DNA of 64,000 bases from Candidatus Babeliales bacterium. Its GTDB lineage: Bacteria; Babelota; Babeliae; Babelales; JACPOV01. Made by a program: the position numbers and the translations under genes. Below are positions 9,806 through 18,205 of this stretch, in pieces (the stretch's first letter is position 1; each line of letters begins with the position of its first letter). Under the pieces are notes generated by a model. That model had not been told where the DNA came from. It saw only the letters and a program-made list of their open reading frames with translations, and did not search any database. The stretch is from positions 32,001 through 96,000 of the forward strand of contig JBFWNW010000003.1 of assembly GCA_050250855.1 (NCBI GenBank), written 5' to 3'.

Positions 9806-9847
9806 TATTTAATACTATTTTTGTATTCTTTTAATTTCTGCATAAAA
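9720..9847. repeat. 128-bp gene-junction direct repeat, copy 1
   Basis: Matches 11083-11210, and 10304-10431 with 2 mismatches; encodes FMQKLKEYKNSIK*, SD and the next gene's signal peptide. Confidence 0.95.
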
Positions 9848-10389
9848 TCTGGTTCTTTTTGTTCGTAGCCATTGCTCTTAAAAAAATTAAAAAGTCTTTC
9901 TACGTGCTTGCATGTAAGGGCCGATATTAATTCTTCTGCCTTTTCCTTAATTTCATTCTTGAACATATCAAGCGGCAAATAATCATTATGAAGTAAAGAA
10001 TCTGTGCAATATTCACGTATGCAGCACAAGGTAAGTAATGATTTTGGCGCAAGTTTACTTTTAGATTTACCATCAATAATATCTTCAACTACTTGTTTTA
10101 ATGTACTTATCGCCTGTCCGCTCAGCTCGCTTAAATCTGCATTATGAGCTACAAGCAATGCTACTATCTCTTTTAACCTTCCTTTAGCAGCATAATAAAG
10201 GGGAGAGAATCCGAGATCATCTAGTTGGTTTACATGAGCTCCATTTTGCAAAAGATCTTGAACCTGCTTAACATCATTTTTCTTTACTGCCTCAATTAAT
10301 GATTCTGGCTCCATGCCAAAGCTCGTTCCTGCTACACTCAGCATCAGGATTAAAAATATACTGTTTAATGTCTTCATTGGTTTCTCCAT
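9805..10389 (-). CDS. Secreted ankyrin protein (2 repeats) with C-terminal F-box/SOCS-like module
   Basis: Same signal peptide; PKSLLTLCCIREYCTDSLLHNDYLPLDMFK. Confidence 0.85.
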   Translation of the reverse strand: MEKPMKTLNSIFLILMLSVAGTSFGMEPESLIEAVKKNDVKQVQDLLQNGAHVNQLDDLGFSPLYYAAKGRLKEIVALLVAHNADLSELSGQAISTLKQVVEDIIDGKSKSKLAPKSLLTLCCIREYCTDSLLHNDYLPLDMFKNEIKEKAEELISALTCKHVERLFNFFKSNGYEQKEPDFMQKLKEYKNSIK

Positions 10390-10431
10390 TATTTAATACT
10401 ATTTTTGTATTCTTTTAATTTCTGCATAAAA
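10304..10431. repeat. 128-bp gene-junction direct repeat, copy 2
   Basis: See copy 1; identity with copy 3 extends about 60 bp further (10244-10303 vs 11023-11082). Confidence 0.95.
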
Positions 10432-11168
10432 GGGTGGTTATCCAAATAGTGACAATTTTTGAAAAAGATAATTAAATCTTCTACTTGCTTGGGCGATAGC
10501 GATAATGGCACAGGTTGAATAACATACAAAAAATCATCATAACTAAAAGAATCTTGATACAATAATGATTTTTCATCATCCTCACGCGCCATGCACAGCA
10601 ATGCTAATGTAGACACATCAATCTCTTGCTTAAAGGTGCCATCAATAATGCCTTCAACTGCTTTTTGCAAAGTAGCAATATCTTTTTGTTCTTTATTGAA
10701 TTGTGCATCCACTACATCAGAACCATGAGCTAACAGTAACACGGTTATCTCTACATTTTCTCGACAGGCAGCAAAATAAAGTATCGAATTGTTACAACAA
10801 TCCGATTCATTTACCTTAGCCCCATGCTTTAAAAGCAACTTAGATACTTCTACATGACGATTGTAAACAGCAAAGCAAAGTGGTGTCCATCCACCATTAT
10901 CCGCTTGGTTTACATCAGCACCCCGTGCAATAAACAATTTACACAGTTCTACATTACCATCCTGAGCAGCCAAATGAAGCGGCATAACTCCAAAATCACC
11001 GACTTGGTTTACATCAGCTCCTTTTTGCAAAAGATCTTGAACCTGCTTAACATCATTTTTCTTTACTGCCTCAATTAATGATTCTGGCTCCATGCCAAAG
11101 CTCATTCCTGCTGCACTCAGCATCAGGATTAAAAATATACTGTTTAATGTCTTCATTGGTTTCTCCAT
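10389..11168 (-). CDS. Secreted ankyrin protein with degenerate C-terminal module
   Basis: Same signal; 4 ankyrin repeats; LCMAREDDEKSLLYQDSFSYDDF, in which LPxD is lost. Confidence 0.85.
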   Translation of the reverse strand: MEKPMKTLNSIFLILMLSAAGMSFGMEPESLIEAVKKNDVKQVQDLLQKGADVNQVGDFGVMPLHLAAQDGNVELCKLFIARGADVNQADNGGWTPLCFAVYNRHVEVSKLLLKHGAKVNESDCCNNSILYFAACRENVEITVLLLAHGSDVVDAQFNKEQKDIATLQKAVEGIIDGTFKQEIDVSTLALLCMAREDDEKSLLYQDSFSYDDFLYVIQPVPLSLSPKQVEDLIIFFKNCHYLDNHPFMQKLKEYKNSIK

Positions 11169-11210
11169 TATTTAATACTATTTTTGTATTCTTTTAATTT
11201 CTGCATAAAA
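11083..11210. repeat. 128-bp gene-junction direct repeat, copy 3
   Basis: See copy 1. Confidence 0.95.
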
Positions 11211-11872
11211 ACTGGGTCGCTTTGTTCGTAATCACATTCTTTGAAAAAGGCAGTTAAAGCTTTTATTTGCTCAAGCGATAGTGATAACTTTGGCTCTACT
11301 TTTTGTTCTTTAAGCAAGCTAAAAAGATCCCATGGCAAATAGTCTTCATGAGCCAATGAATTTTCATCATCCTCACGCGCCATACAAAGCAGCATTAATA
11401 CAGACTTATCAATCTCTTTATAAAATTTAAACGTGCCATCAATAATGCCTTCAACTGCTTGTTGGATAGTCTCAACCTCTTGGCTTTCGTCGATGTCCTC
11501 GACATTTGGGATATGCGCGCCATGTGCTAACAGTAACGCTACTATATCCACCTGACCATGCACAGCAGCCCCTTGAAGCGGCGTATAATCACCATTATTC
11601 GCTTGGTTTACATCAGCACCATGTGCAAGAAGCAACCTGCAAAGTTCTCTATTATCATTACAAACAGCCAGATAAAGCAATGTAAAACCAGTATCATCTG
11701 CTTGGTTTACATCAGCTCCTTTTTGCAAAAGCTCTTGAACCTGCTTAACGTCGTTTTTCTTTACTGCCGAAATTAATGATTCTGGCTCCATACCAGAGGC
11801 ACTCACCATAGTAAAAACCAGGGCCAGGGCCAACATTACACAGTTATATGATTTTTTCATAAAACACTCCAT
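11168..11872 (-). CDS. Secreted ankyrin protein with C-terminal F-box/SOCS-like module
   Basis: Signal ...SASGME; 3 ankyrin repeats; LCMAREDDENSLAHEDYLPWDLF. Confidence 0.85.
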   Translation of the reverse strand: MECFMKKSYNCVMLALALVFTMVSASGMEPESLISAVKKNDVKQVQELLQKGADVNQADDTGFTLLYLAVCNDNRELCRLLLAHGADVNQANNGDYTPLQGAAVHGQVDIVALLLAHGAHIPNVEDIDESQEVETIQQAVEGIIDGTFKFYKEIDKSVLMLLCMAREDDENSLAHEDYLPWDLFSLLKEQKVEPKLSLSLEQIKALTAFFKECDYEQSDPVFMQKLKEYKNSIK

Positions 11873-11902
11873 TTACCTTAAAATCGCTTATTTATTACTC
11901 TT

Positions 11903-11930
11903 ATCGTAACATTTATTTTATATTTGTCAA
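11903..11930 (-). promoter_or_regulatory. sigma70-type promoter of the ankyrin array
   Basis: TTGACA-16 nt-TACGAT with TG extension. Confidence 0.6.
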
Positions 11931-12115
11931 TAACCATTGCGGGGGCGGCCAGGTTCAAACACCTTAGCCCAGGTTAAAATACCCTCGTATACCAGGGGAA
12001 TAATGGAGATACCAATTCTTTTATTTTTATGCTATAGTAACCTATATGTTAAAGGCTCCCTAGACCTAGGTTACTTTCTTGCAGGGCTGCTATTTTTTAC
12101 GTGGAGATGCATTTT

Positions 12116-12580
12116 ATGAAAAGAAAAAAAGGATTTTTTTCTATCTCTGCCGTGGCTAAGATGTTTTCAGTACACCAGCAGACGGTTCGTTTATACGAAA
12201 AAGAGGGTCTTATTACCCCCAAGCGCTCTGATGGCAATACGCGTCTTTTTTCTGAAGAAGATGTTGATAGATTAGAGCAAATAATCTATCTTACGCATGA
12301 ACTTGGCATCAACCTTGCGGGCGTAGAATTGGTACTCAAGCTCCAAAAGCAGATTAAAAAGCTCCAAAAAGAAATTAATAGCGCCTTTGAATCAAGTAAA
12401 AAAGAGCTGGAAGCAGAAAGTGAACTGTTCAAAACTCATGCTAAAAAAAGTGCTCAGCGTCTGATGATACTCAAGAAACATGAGAAACCTGCCGAAGAAC
12501 AAAAAAGTTCGGAGCATCACCAGACAGAGCAGCAACTTCCCCTGAATCTTGACGAGTGGGAAATAGAGTATGAACAATAA
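12116..12580 (+). CDS. MerR-family regulator, HspR-like
   Basis: FSISAVAKMFSVHQQTVRLYEKEGLITPKRSDGNTRLFS...LTHELGINLAGV, typical of HspR; SD GGAG before MKRKK. Confidence 0.85.
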   Translation: MKRKKGFFSISAVAKMFSVHQQTVRLYEKEGLITPKRSDGNTRLFSEEDVDRLEQIIYLTHELGINLAGVELVLKLQKQIKKLQKEINSAFESSKKELEAESELFKTHAKKSAQRLMILKKHEKPAEEQKSSEHHQTEQQLPLNLDEWEIEYEQ

Positions 12581-12685
12581 GGTTTCTTAACATTTTTATC
12601 AAAAATATTTAAAATAGCTCTTCATCAATTTTAGAGTAATTAGGGAATTAAGATATTTGGTTCTCTTAAAATCAAGGATTTATGT

Positions 12686-13147
12686 ATGAATCAAAATTCT
12701 TTTGGCATCGAAAATCAGTGCGAACTCTCCTACGAACTTCTTTATCTCCTTAAGTGGCTCTTTGAACATGATGAGGCACTTCTAAAAAAAATCGTTGTAC
12801 AGGCCCTTGATAATGGATTACGCCAAGAATTAGCGCAGCGTGATCGCCAACTACATACTGAACAAGCAGAATCAATTCAAAACAGTATCGTTGATTTTTT
12901 AGATTTACTTGATGATTTACTGCATGAAGCTATGAATGAAACAAGCATAAAGCAAGCGTTAGAAAAAAGCCTCATGCCTTCCATTAATAAAATTGATTAT
13001 AATGTATGCGACAGAGCAACTGTTGAATGCAGCCTTGAAAAAACAAGCCACCACTTAGAACATGAACCTCAGGCAAATGCTAAAGAATTTTTATTCAAGG
13101 AGATATTAAAGCGATGGAAGCCACTCAAAAAGAAAATGCACTGTTAA
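12686..13147 (+). CDS. Hypothetical protein
   Basis: 153 aa ORF with SD AAGGA; no motif recognised. Confidence 0.7.
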   Translation: MNQNSFGIENQCELSYELLYLLKWLFEHDEALLKKIVVQALDNGLRQELAQRDRQLHTEQAESIQNSIVDFLDLLDDLLHEAMNETSIKQALEKSLMPSINKIDYNVCDRATVECSLEKTSHHLEHEPQANAKEFLFKEILKRWKPLKKKMHC

Positions 13148-13590
13148 TACTATTTTTTATTTTTGGTAGCTTCTCCTGCTCTGCAGCAGAAAATCAACTT
13201 GATGTCGCTCACTCTTTACTTCGGCTCATTTTACTTGAACAGTGCAAACTTCTTGATAATCTTCAGCTCCTTGGAACAAATACTATTGCTAAAGAGTGCG
13301 AAGAATCTCTCATCAAGCTCAAATGCGAATGCAATCAGTTGAACAATAAAGCATTGATTAATCTTTCCACCATACAAAAGAAACTCAAGGTGTACAGTTT
13401 TGATAGCCTTTGGAAAAAAGCAATTGAAAAAGCACGTAAAGCTCTTTCAGCATACACCGCGCATAATGGAAAAGAGCAACAACTTTTTTTTAAAATACTC
13501 AGCGCAAAAGGAACTATTGATCATGAAATATTTTTAGAAAAAGAAAGGAAAACGCAGACTGTTAAGCCAAGTAAAGAAGAACAGGATTAA
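13114..13590 (+). CDS. Hypothetical protein, possibly secreted
   Basis: Hydrophobic N-terminal stretch; start uncertain. Confidence 0.55.
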   Translation: MEATQKENALLILFFIFGSFSCSAAENQLDVAHSLLRLILLEQCKLLDNLQLLGTNTIAKECEESLIKLKCECNQLNNKALINLSTIQKKLKVYSFDSLWKKAIEKARKALSAYTAHNGKEQQLFFKILSAKGTIDHEIFLEKERKTQTVKPSKEEQD

Positions 13591-14201
13591 TTAAAAAATC
13601 CTAGCTCCTCCAATGCCTCTCGTAATTCAAACAAAGGAAGGCCAATAATAGTACTGTACGATCCTTGTATAGTTTTTAAAAATTGAGCACCAAAACCTTC
13701 AATCGTAATACCCCCGCTCATGTCTTTATACTGCGGCACTGCCGTTACATATTTTTCTATCCATGCATCAGGCATATCAAATTCATACAAAGCAGAAACT
13801 GTTCGGACTATACTTTTTTCTGTGTGCCAAGCACCAGTGCGCCATACTTTCTTTTCAAGACAAAAGGCTGTTGCCACAACGCCCGTACCATTCAACGCTT
13901 TAATAGATGCAATCGCTTCTTGCTTTGTCATTGGTTTTCCGTGTACAACACCCTTACTATCCTGTCCCATAGTGTCAGCTGTTAACACAAATGCATGCTC
14001 ACCCTCTTTCTGCGCTGGTGGCATGGTAACATGTGCCATCTTTTGCACAGCAATAGCTTCTACCAACTGCAAAAAAGGTTTTGTGCGATCTGCTAATGAT
14101 TCATTATACGACTGATCAACTACATGAAAAGGTATTTGCGCTTGCATAAGTAATTTTTGACGAGAGCTTGAGGATGAGCCAAGTAAAAGAATTTTTTTCA
14201 T
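13587..14201 (-). CDS. maf: Maf/YhdE nucleoside triphosphate pyrophosphatase
   Basis: ILLLGSSSSSRQKLL, VLTADT, GKP, IQGSYSTIIGLPL. Confidence 0.9.
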   Translation of the reverse strand: MKKILLLGSSSSSRQKLLMQAQIPFHVVDQSYNESLADRTKPFLQLVEAIAVQKMAHVTMPPAQKEGEHAFVLTADTMGQDSKGVVHGKPMTKQEAIASIKALNGTGVVATAFCLEKKVWRTGAWHTEKSIVRTVSALYEFDMPDAWIEKYVTAVPQYKDMSGGITIEGFGAQFLKTIQGSYSTIIGLPLFELREALEELGFFN

Positions 14202-14225
14202 AAGAAAATTTCCTTTATAAAAAAA

Positions 14226-14255
14226 TAAACCTTAGCTTTTTACACTAAGGTTTTT
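14226..14255 (-). terminator. Terminator-like hairpin downstream of tRNA-Gln
   Basis: AAACCTTAG-N9-CTAAGGTTT inverted repeat followed on the minus strand by a T-rich run. Confidence 0.6.
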
Positions 14256-14269
14256 AATTTCTGATTGAA

Positions 14270-14343
14270 TGGCTGGGGCGGAAGGATTCGAACCTCCGAT
14301 CACAGGACCAAAACCTGTTGCCTTACCACTTGGCCACGCCCCA
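14270..14343 (-). tRNA. tRNA-Gln(TTG)
   Basis: TGGGGCGTGGCCAAGTGGTAAGGCAACAGGTT-TTG-GTCCTGTGATCGGAGGTTCGAATCCTTCCGCCCCAGCCA; cloverleaf with encoded CCA. Confidence 0.97.
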
Positions 14344-14357
14344 CTAAATTTTTTTAT

Positions 14358-14627
14358 TTAACCGTTATTCTCTGATTGAACGCGTTCAAATTCTTCTATA
14401 ATTTTTTGCTCTATTAAAGAACGCATGTCAGAATTTACCGGATGAGCAATATCTTTAAAGGACCCATCTTTGCGGCGACGTGAAGGCATTGAAACGAATA
14501 AACCTTTATTGCCTTCTATTACCTTCAAATCGGTAACTCTAAAATTATCGTCAAAGACTATCGATGCATATGCTTTGAGTCGCCCACTTTCCCTTGCTGG
14601 AAACACTTTTACTTCAGTTATCTTCAT
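14358..14627 (-). CDS. spoVG: SpoVG family nucleic-acid-binding protein
   Basis: MKITEVKV...LKAYASIVFDD...GLFVSMPSR...FKDIAHPVN. Confidence 0.95.
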   Translation of the reverse strand: MKITEVKVFPARESGRLKAYASIVFDDNFRVTDLKVIEGNKGLFVSMPSRRRKDGSFKDIAHPVNSDMRSLIEQKIIEEFERVQSENNG

Positions 14628-14747
14628 TTTTTGTAGTCCTTAGGGATATTTTTTTCCTACTTCCCCTGTTGGAGAACGCTTCTATTCAACAACAACTGAG
14701 TCCTAATTTAATAATAGAGACATGTTTTGTCAAATAAATTTATCACT

Positions 14748-15662
14748 TTATTTTACTTTTAATGCCCGCAAGCGCGCCGATCGTGAAGCAGGGTTTATAG
14801 CTATTTCTTGGTCAGAGGGCAAAACAGCCTTAGGGGTAAGGCTTTCAAACCCCTCTCCTGATTGCGCTTTATCCCTAAAAAACTGCTTTACCAGGCGATC
14901 TTCTAACGAATGAAAACTGATACAAACTAACCTTCCTTCAGGTTTTAAAGCGCGCAATGCTGCTGGCAAAAAAGCTATAATATTTTCAAGCTCACGATTA
15001 ACATAAATACGCAAAGCCTGAAAAATTTTGGTAGCCGGATGAATCTTCTTGCCTCGTTTTGGACCACAGACCTTTTCAATCAGATCAACAAGCTGCTTGG
15101 TTGTTATTATGCGCTTTTTTTTACGCTCGGCACAAATCAAACGGGCTATTGCGCGCGACTTTGGCTCTTCTCCCAGCTCTTTGAAAATGGTAAGCAGTTC
15201 TTGCTCAGTTGCTTTATTGACCACATGTGCTGCCGTAGTTTTTTGATGCGCAGGAGACATGCGCATATCAAGGGGAGTATCGGTAGCAAATGAAAAACCT
15301 TCACGCTCGGTAAGCTGATACTGTGATGTACCAAAATCTGCCAAAATACCGTCAACGGTACCGATTCCTTCCTTCTTTAACTTCATATCTATCTGAGAAA
15401 AGTTGCTCCATATCAGCTTCAGATTATCAGGATAGTGCTCAAGGAGCGGGTCACCATTTTTTTCTAAGGCAACCAAATCCCAATCCATAGCAATCACGGT
15501 ACAGGAAGGTTCTTTTTCCAAAATAGCCTTAGTGTGTCCACCACCACCAAATGTTGCATCAACGTACACCTTGCCTGGTTTTGGATCAAGATACGTTAGT
15601 ACTTCTTGTACTAAAACAGGAATATGATACGGCTTTGCAAGCTCAGTTTTTTTATTCTTCAA
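14748..15662 (-). CDS. rsmH: 16S rRNA m4C1402 methyltransferase RsmH
   Basis: HIPVL, VDATFGGGGH, PLDMRM, HPATKIFQALRIYVNREL, ISFHSLEDRLVK, NPASRSARLR. Confidence 0.97.
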   Translation of the reverse strand: MKNKKTELAKPYHIPVLVQEVLTYLDPKPGKVYVDATFGGGGHTKAILEKEPSCTVIAMDWDLVALEKNGDPLLEHYPDNLKLIWSNFSQIDMKLKKEGIGTVDGILADFGTSQYQLTEREGFSFATDTPLDMRMSPAHQKTTAAHVVNKATEQELLTIFKELGEEPKSRAIARLICAERKKKRIITTKQLVDLIEKVCGPKRGKKIHPATKIFQALRIYVNRELENIIAFLPAALRALKPEGRLVCISFHSLEDRLVKQFFRDKAQSGEGFESLTPKAVLPSDQEIAINPASRSARLRALKVK

Positions 15663-15672
15663 AAAAATATAC

Positions 15673-17058
15673 CTATGTTAATGCATCAACTAAATTTTTA
15701 AGCTGCATGCCAAGAGAACCTTTAACAAGAACCATGGATTCTTTTTTAAGCTCTTCTTGCAATTTCTCTTGTGCCTCTTTCCACGTTGGAACATGCTCAA
15801 CTCTCGTACCCAATGGTAACGTCTTCTTTGTCCATTCTACCAAAGAACCAACTAAAATTATAGTGCGCACGGACGGTGTTTTACGCAAAAAACGACCAAT
15901 TTGCCTATGCCAGAAAGGACTATTAGCACCAAGCTCAAGCATATCGCCAATAACAGCTATTTTTTGCGCTTTTGTTTTTATCTGTTCAAAAGCAAGGAGT
16001 GCTGCTTTCATACTTTCTGGATTTGCATTATAAGAATCATCTATCAGTTTACCAACCCCAAACTTTAAAGGATGCTGCACAAAACGTCCTTGTACTACCA
16101 GAGGCTTTTCAATTGCTTTTATAATAGTTTCTGCCGGTATCTGTAAATAATAACCTACCGCAGCCGTTGCCAATGCATTAAAAACAGCACCTGAATGATT
16201 CTTTTCTAATCTAATAGCATACTTATTGCCATACAACTTTAATATAAAGGAAACGCCTGCACTATCATTATTAACTTTACGTGCTTGTACTTGATTTGTT
16301 GTTTTCGTACCAAACTTAATAACAGGATGTTTATAAGCAACCTGAGCTAAGAGTGGTTGATCACCATTAATGATACCAATGCTATCTTCTTTAAAGAATT
16401 TAAAAAGATCACGTTTTTCTATAGCAATATCGTTAATAGAACCAAGCCCTTCCATATGAGAATGACCAATAAAGGTAATGACACCTGCCGTTGGTTGTAC
16501 TAATTCTGCCAACTGAGCCATTTGCCCACGACGACCTATGCCCAATTCAAATACAGCAATGTCATGGTCTGATGTCATTCTTAGAATATTCAGCGAAGCC
16601 CCTAACAAGGTATTTTGATTACCTTGAGAAATCAATGCACGCATGCCATGTTCTTGTAACAAAACACCAATCATTTCCTTGGTTGTTGTTTTACCTACAG
16701 AACCAGTAACTCCTATAACTGGATAAGCAAATTGCTTGCGCCATGTACGAGCCATATCGATAACTGCTTGCCTTGGATCTGCAACAAGCATGATGCATTT
16801 ATTCTTCACTAATGCTTGATCAATTTTTTTTAAACGATCTTTTTGATCATGCGCCATTAAAATTCCTGCTGCATTTTTCTGCAAGGCTTCTTCTATAAAA
16901 TCATGCCCATCAACAAGATTGCCTTTTATCGCAACAAATAGTTCACCAGATTGCAATGAACGCGAATCTATAGAAAAAGAAATAGCTTGAGGAAAATTTT
17001 CATATAAAAAAGAAATATCTGAAATCGTTTTTTGGATAAAATCCTTATGTAATCGCAT
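15673..17058 (-). CDS. murF: UDP-MurNAc-tripeptide D-Ala-D-Ala ligase MurF
   Basis: SIDSR, VTGSVGKTTTKE, DDSYNANPESMKAAL, GDMLELG, VLVKGS. Confidence 0.93.
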   Translation of the reverse strand: MRLHKDFIQKTISDISFLYENFPQAISFSIDSRSLQSGELFVAIKGNLVDGHDFIEEALQKNAAGILMAHDQKDRLKKIDQALVKNKCIMLVADPRQAVIDMARTWRKQFAYPVIGVTGSVGKTTTKEMIGVLLQEHGMRALISQGNQNTLLGASLNILRMTSDHDIAVFELGIGRRGQMAQLAELVQPTAGVITFIGHSHMEGLGSINDIAIEKRDLFKFFKEDSIGIINGDQPLLAQVAYKHPVIKFGTKTTNQVQARKVNNDSAGVSFILKLYGNKYAIRLEKNHSGAVFNALATAAVGYYLQIPAETIIKAIEKPLVVQGRFVQHPLKFGVGKLIDDSYNANPESMKAALLAFEQIKTKAQKIAVIGDMLELGANSPFWHRQIGRFLRKTPSVRTIILVGSLVEWTKKTLPLGTRVEHVPTWKEAQEKLQEELKKESMVLVKGSLGMQLKNLVDALT

Positions 17059-17257
17059 AAAAAAGCTCCGCCTTTTTCAATAAAAAAATAACATTAAAAA
17101 ATTCACTATTTTAGAGGAAAAAATGTCCTTTTTTTGTACATTTGTCAAGTATAAAAACTATTTTTCATAAAAGTCTACAACCCTCTCGCGTCAATCAAGT
17201 ATACTTTTATATATGAATAGCTAGGGATTATTCATATCTATTAAAAAAAGGGATGGG

Positions 17258-18205
17258 ATGAAAAAAATAATACTAAGTTACCTTAGTTTTTCTACAGTAT
17301 TCTGCTTTGCCGGCGGCTGTGGTTCAACGTCAGAAAAAGATTACTATGACAAGTTCCTTCAAGCATGCAGCAACAATAATGTAGAACAAGTAAAAAACAC
17401 ATTAGAAAAATTAGAAGAAAAAAGTCTTCCGCTCAGTTTGCTCGGGCAAACTGAAGAAAACTCTCCCCTGCATAGGGCAACGCAAGAAAATCCTCATGTT
17501 TTAGAGTATTTACTTAATTACCAACAGTTTAAATTTAATCCCAACACCAAAACCTCAGAAAAAAAAGAAACACCTTTACATATTGCCTGCTTATTTGGCT
17601 ATAAAAAAGCAACACAACTTCTTTTAGAGCATAATGCAGACGTGAACGCCTTAACAGAAAATAAATCAACACCGCTGCATTATCTTATGAGTAATCACGG
17701 CACACCAGAAATTGCTGCTCTCCTTCTTGAACATGGCGCTTCATGCAACCTTCTTGATAGTTACCAACAAACACCTTTAAGTATGGCTGCCGATAAAAAA
17801 CAGAATCATTTAATTGAACTTTTTTTAACAACACCAGCACACAATAAAAATCATAGCATACTATCACCGTCAATGCCTACAAAACTTTCTCCTGATAATC
17901 TCATAAAACTCTTGACAGAACAACCTGTTCTCTTTGCTGCTAATGTAACGATATATCCTCTTGGTCAACTTGTTGCTGCTATTAAAGGGTTACGTACCAT
18001 AAAAAATACCCAAATTGATAGAGACAATTTAGAAGATCAAGCCAAAAGAATATTAGAGAAGTACCTTCTTGATTATGCTAATGAATGCATTAAAACAAAA
18101 TGTGGCTATCTTGAAAATAGGCCCGACTTATTAATTCTTGGTAACTTTCAAGAACGCAAAAAGCTGATAGAAAAACAGATGAAAAAACTTTTTGAGGAAA
18201 ATTAG
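17258..18205 (+). CDS. Secreted ankyrin repeat protein
   Basis: Signal-like N-terminus; ETPLHIAC, STPLHYL, QTPLSMA repeats; paralog of the next gene. Confidence 0.85.
   Translation: MKKIILSYLSFSTVFCFAGGCGSTSEKDYYDKFLQACSNNNVEQVKNTLEKLEEKSLPLSLLGQTEENSPLHRATQENPHVLEYLLNYQQFKFNPNTKTSEKKETPLHIACLFGYKKATQLLLEHNADVNALTENKSTPLHYLMSNHGTPEIAALLLEHGASCNLLDSYQQTPLSMAADKKQNHLIELFLTTPAHNKNHSILSPSMPTKLSPDNLIKLLTEQPVLFAANVTIYPLGQLVAAIKGLRTIKNTQIDRDNLEDQAKRILEKYLLDYANECIKTKCGYLENRPDLLILGNFQERKKLIEKQMKKLFEEN

Noticed and set aside
9720..11210. Junction repeats as a CRISPR array or integron attC sites
   Set aside because: They are 128 bp, protein-coding, non-palindromic and 580-780 bp apart; no cas or integrase gene in the window
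7008..11872. Diversity-generating retroelement acting on the ankyrin array
   Set aside because: No reverse transcriptase, and no template/variable repeat pair with adenine-specific differences was recognised
11937..12030. Relatively GC-rich intergenic stretch as an ncRNA or 60 aa ORF
   Set aside because: No recognisable RNA family structure or coding support
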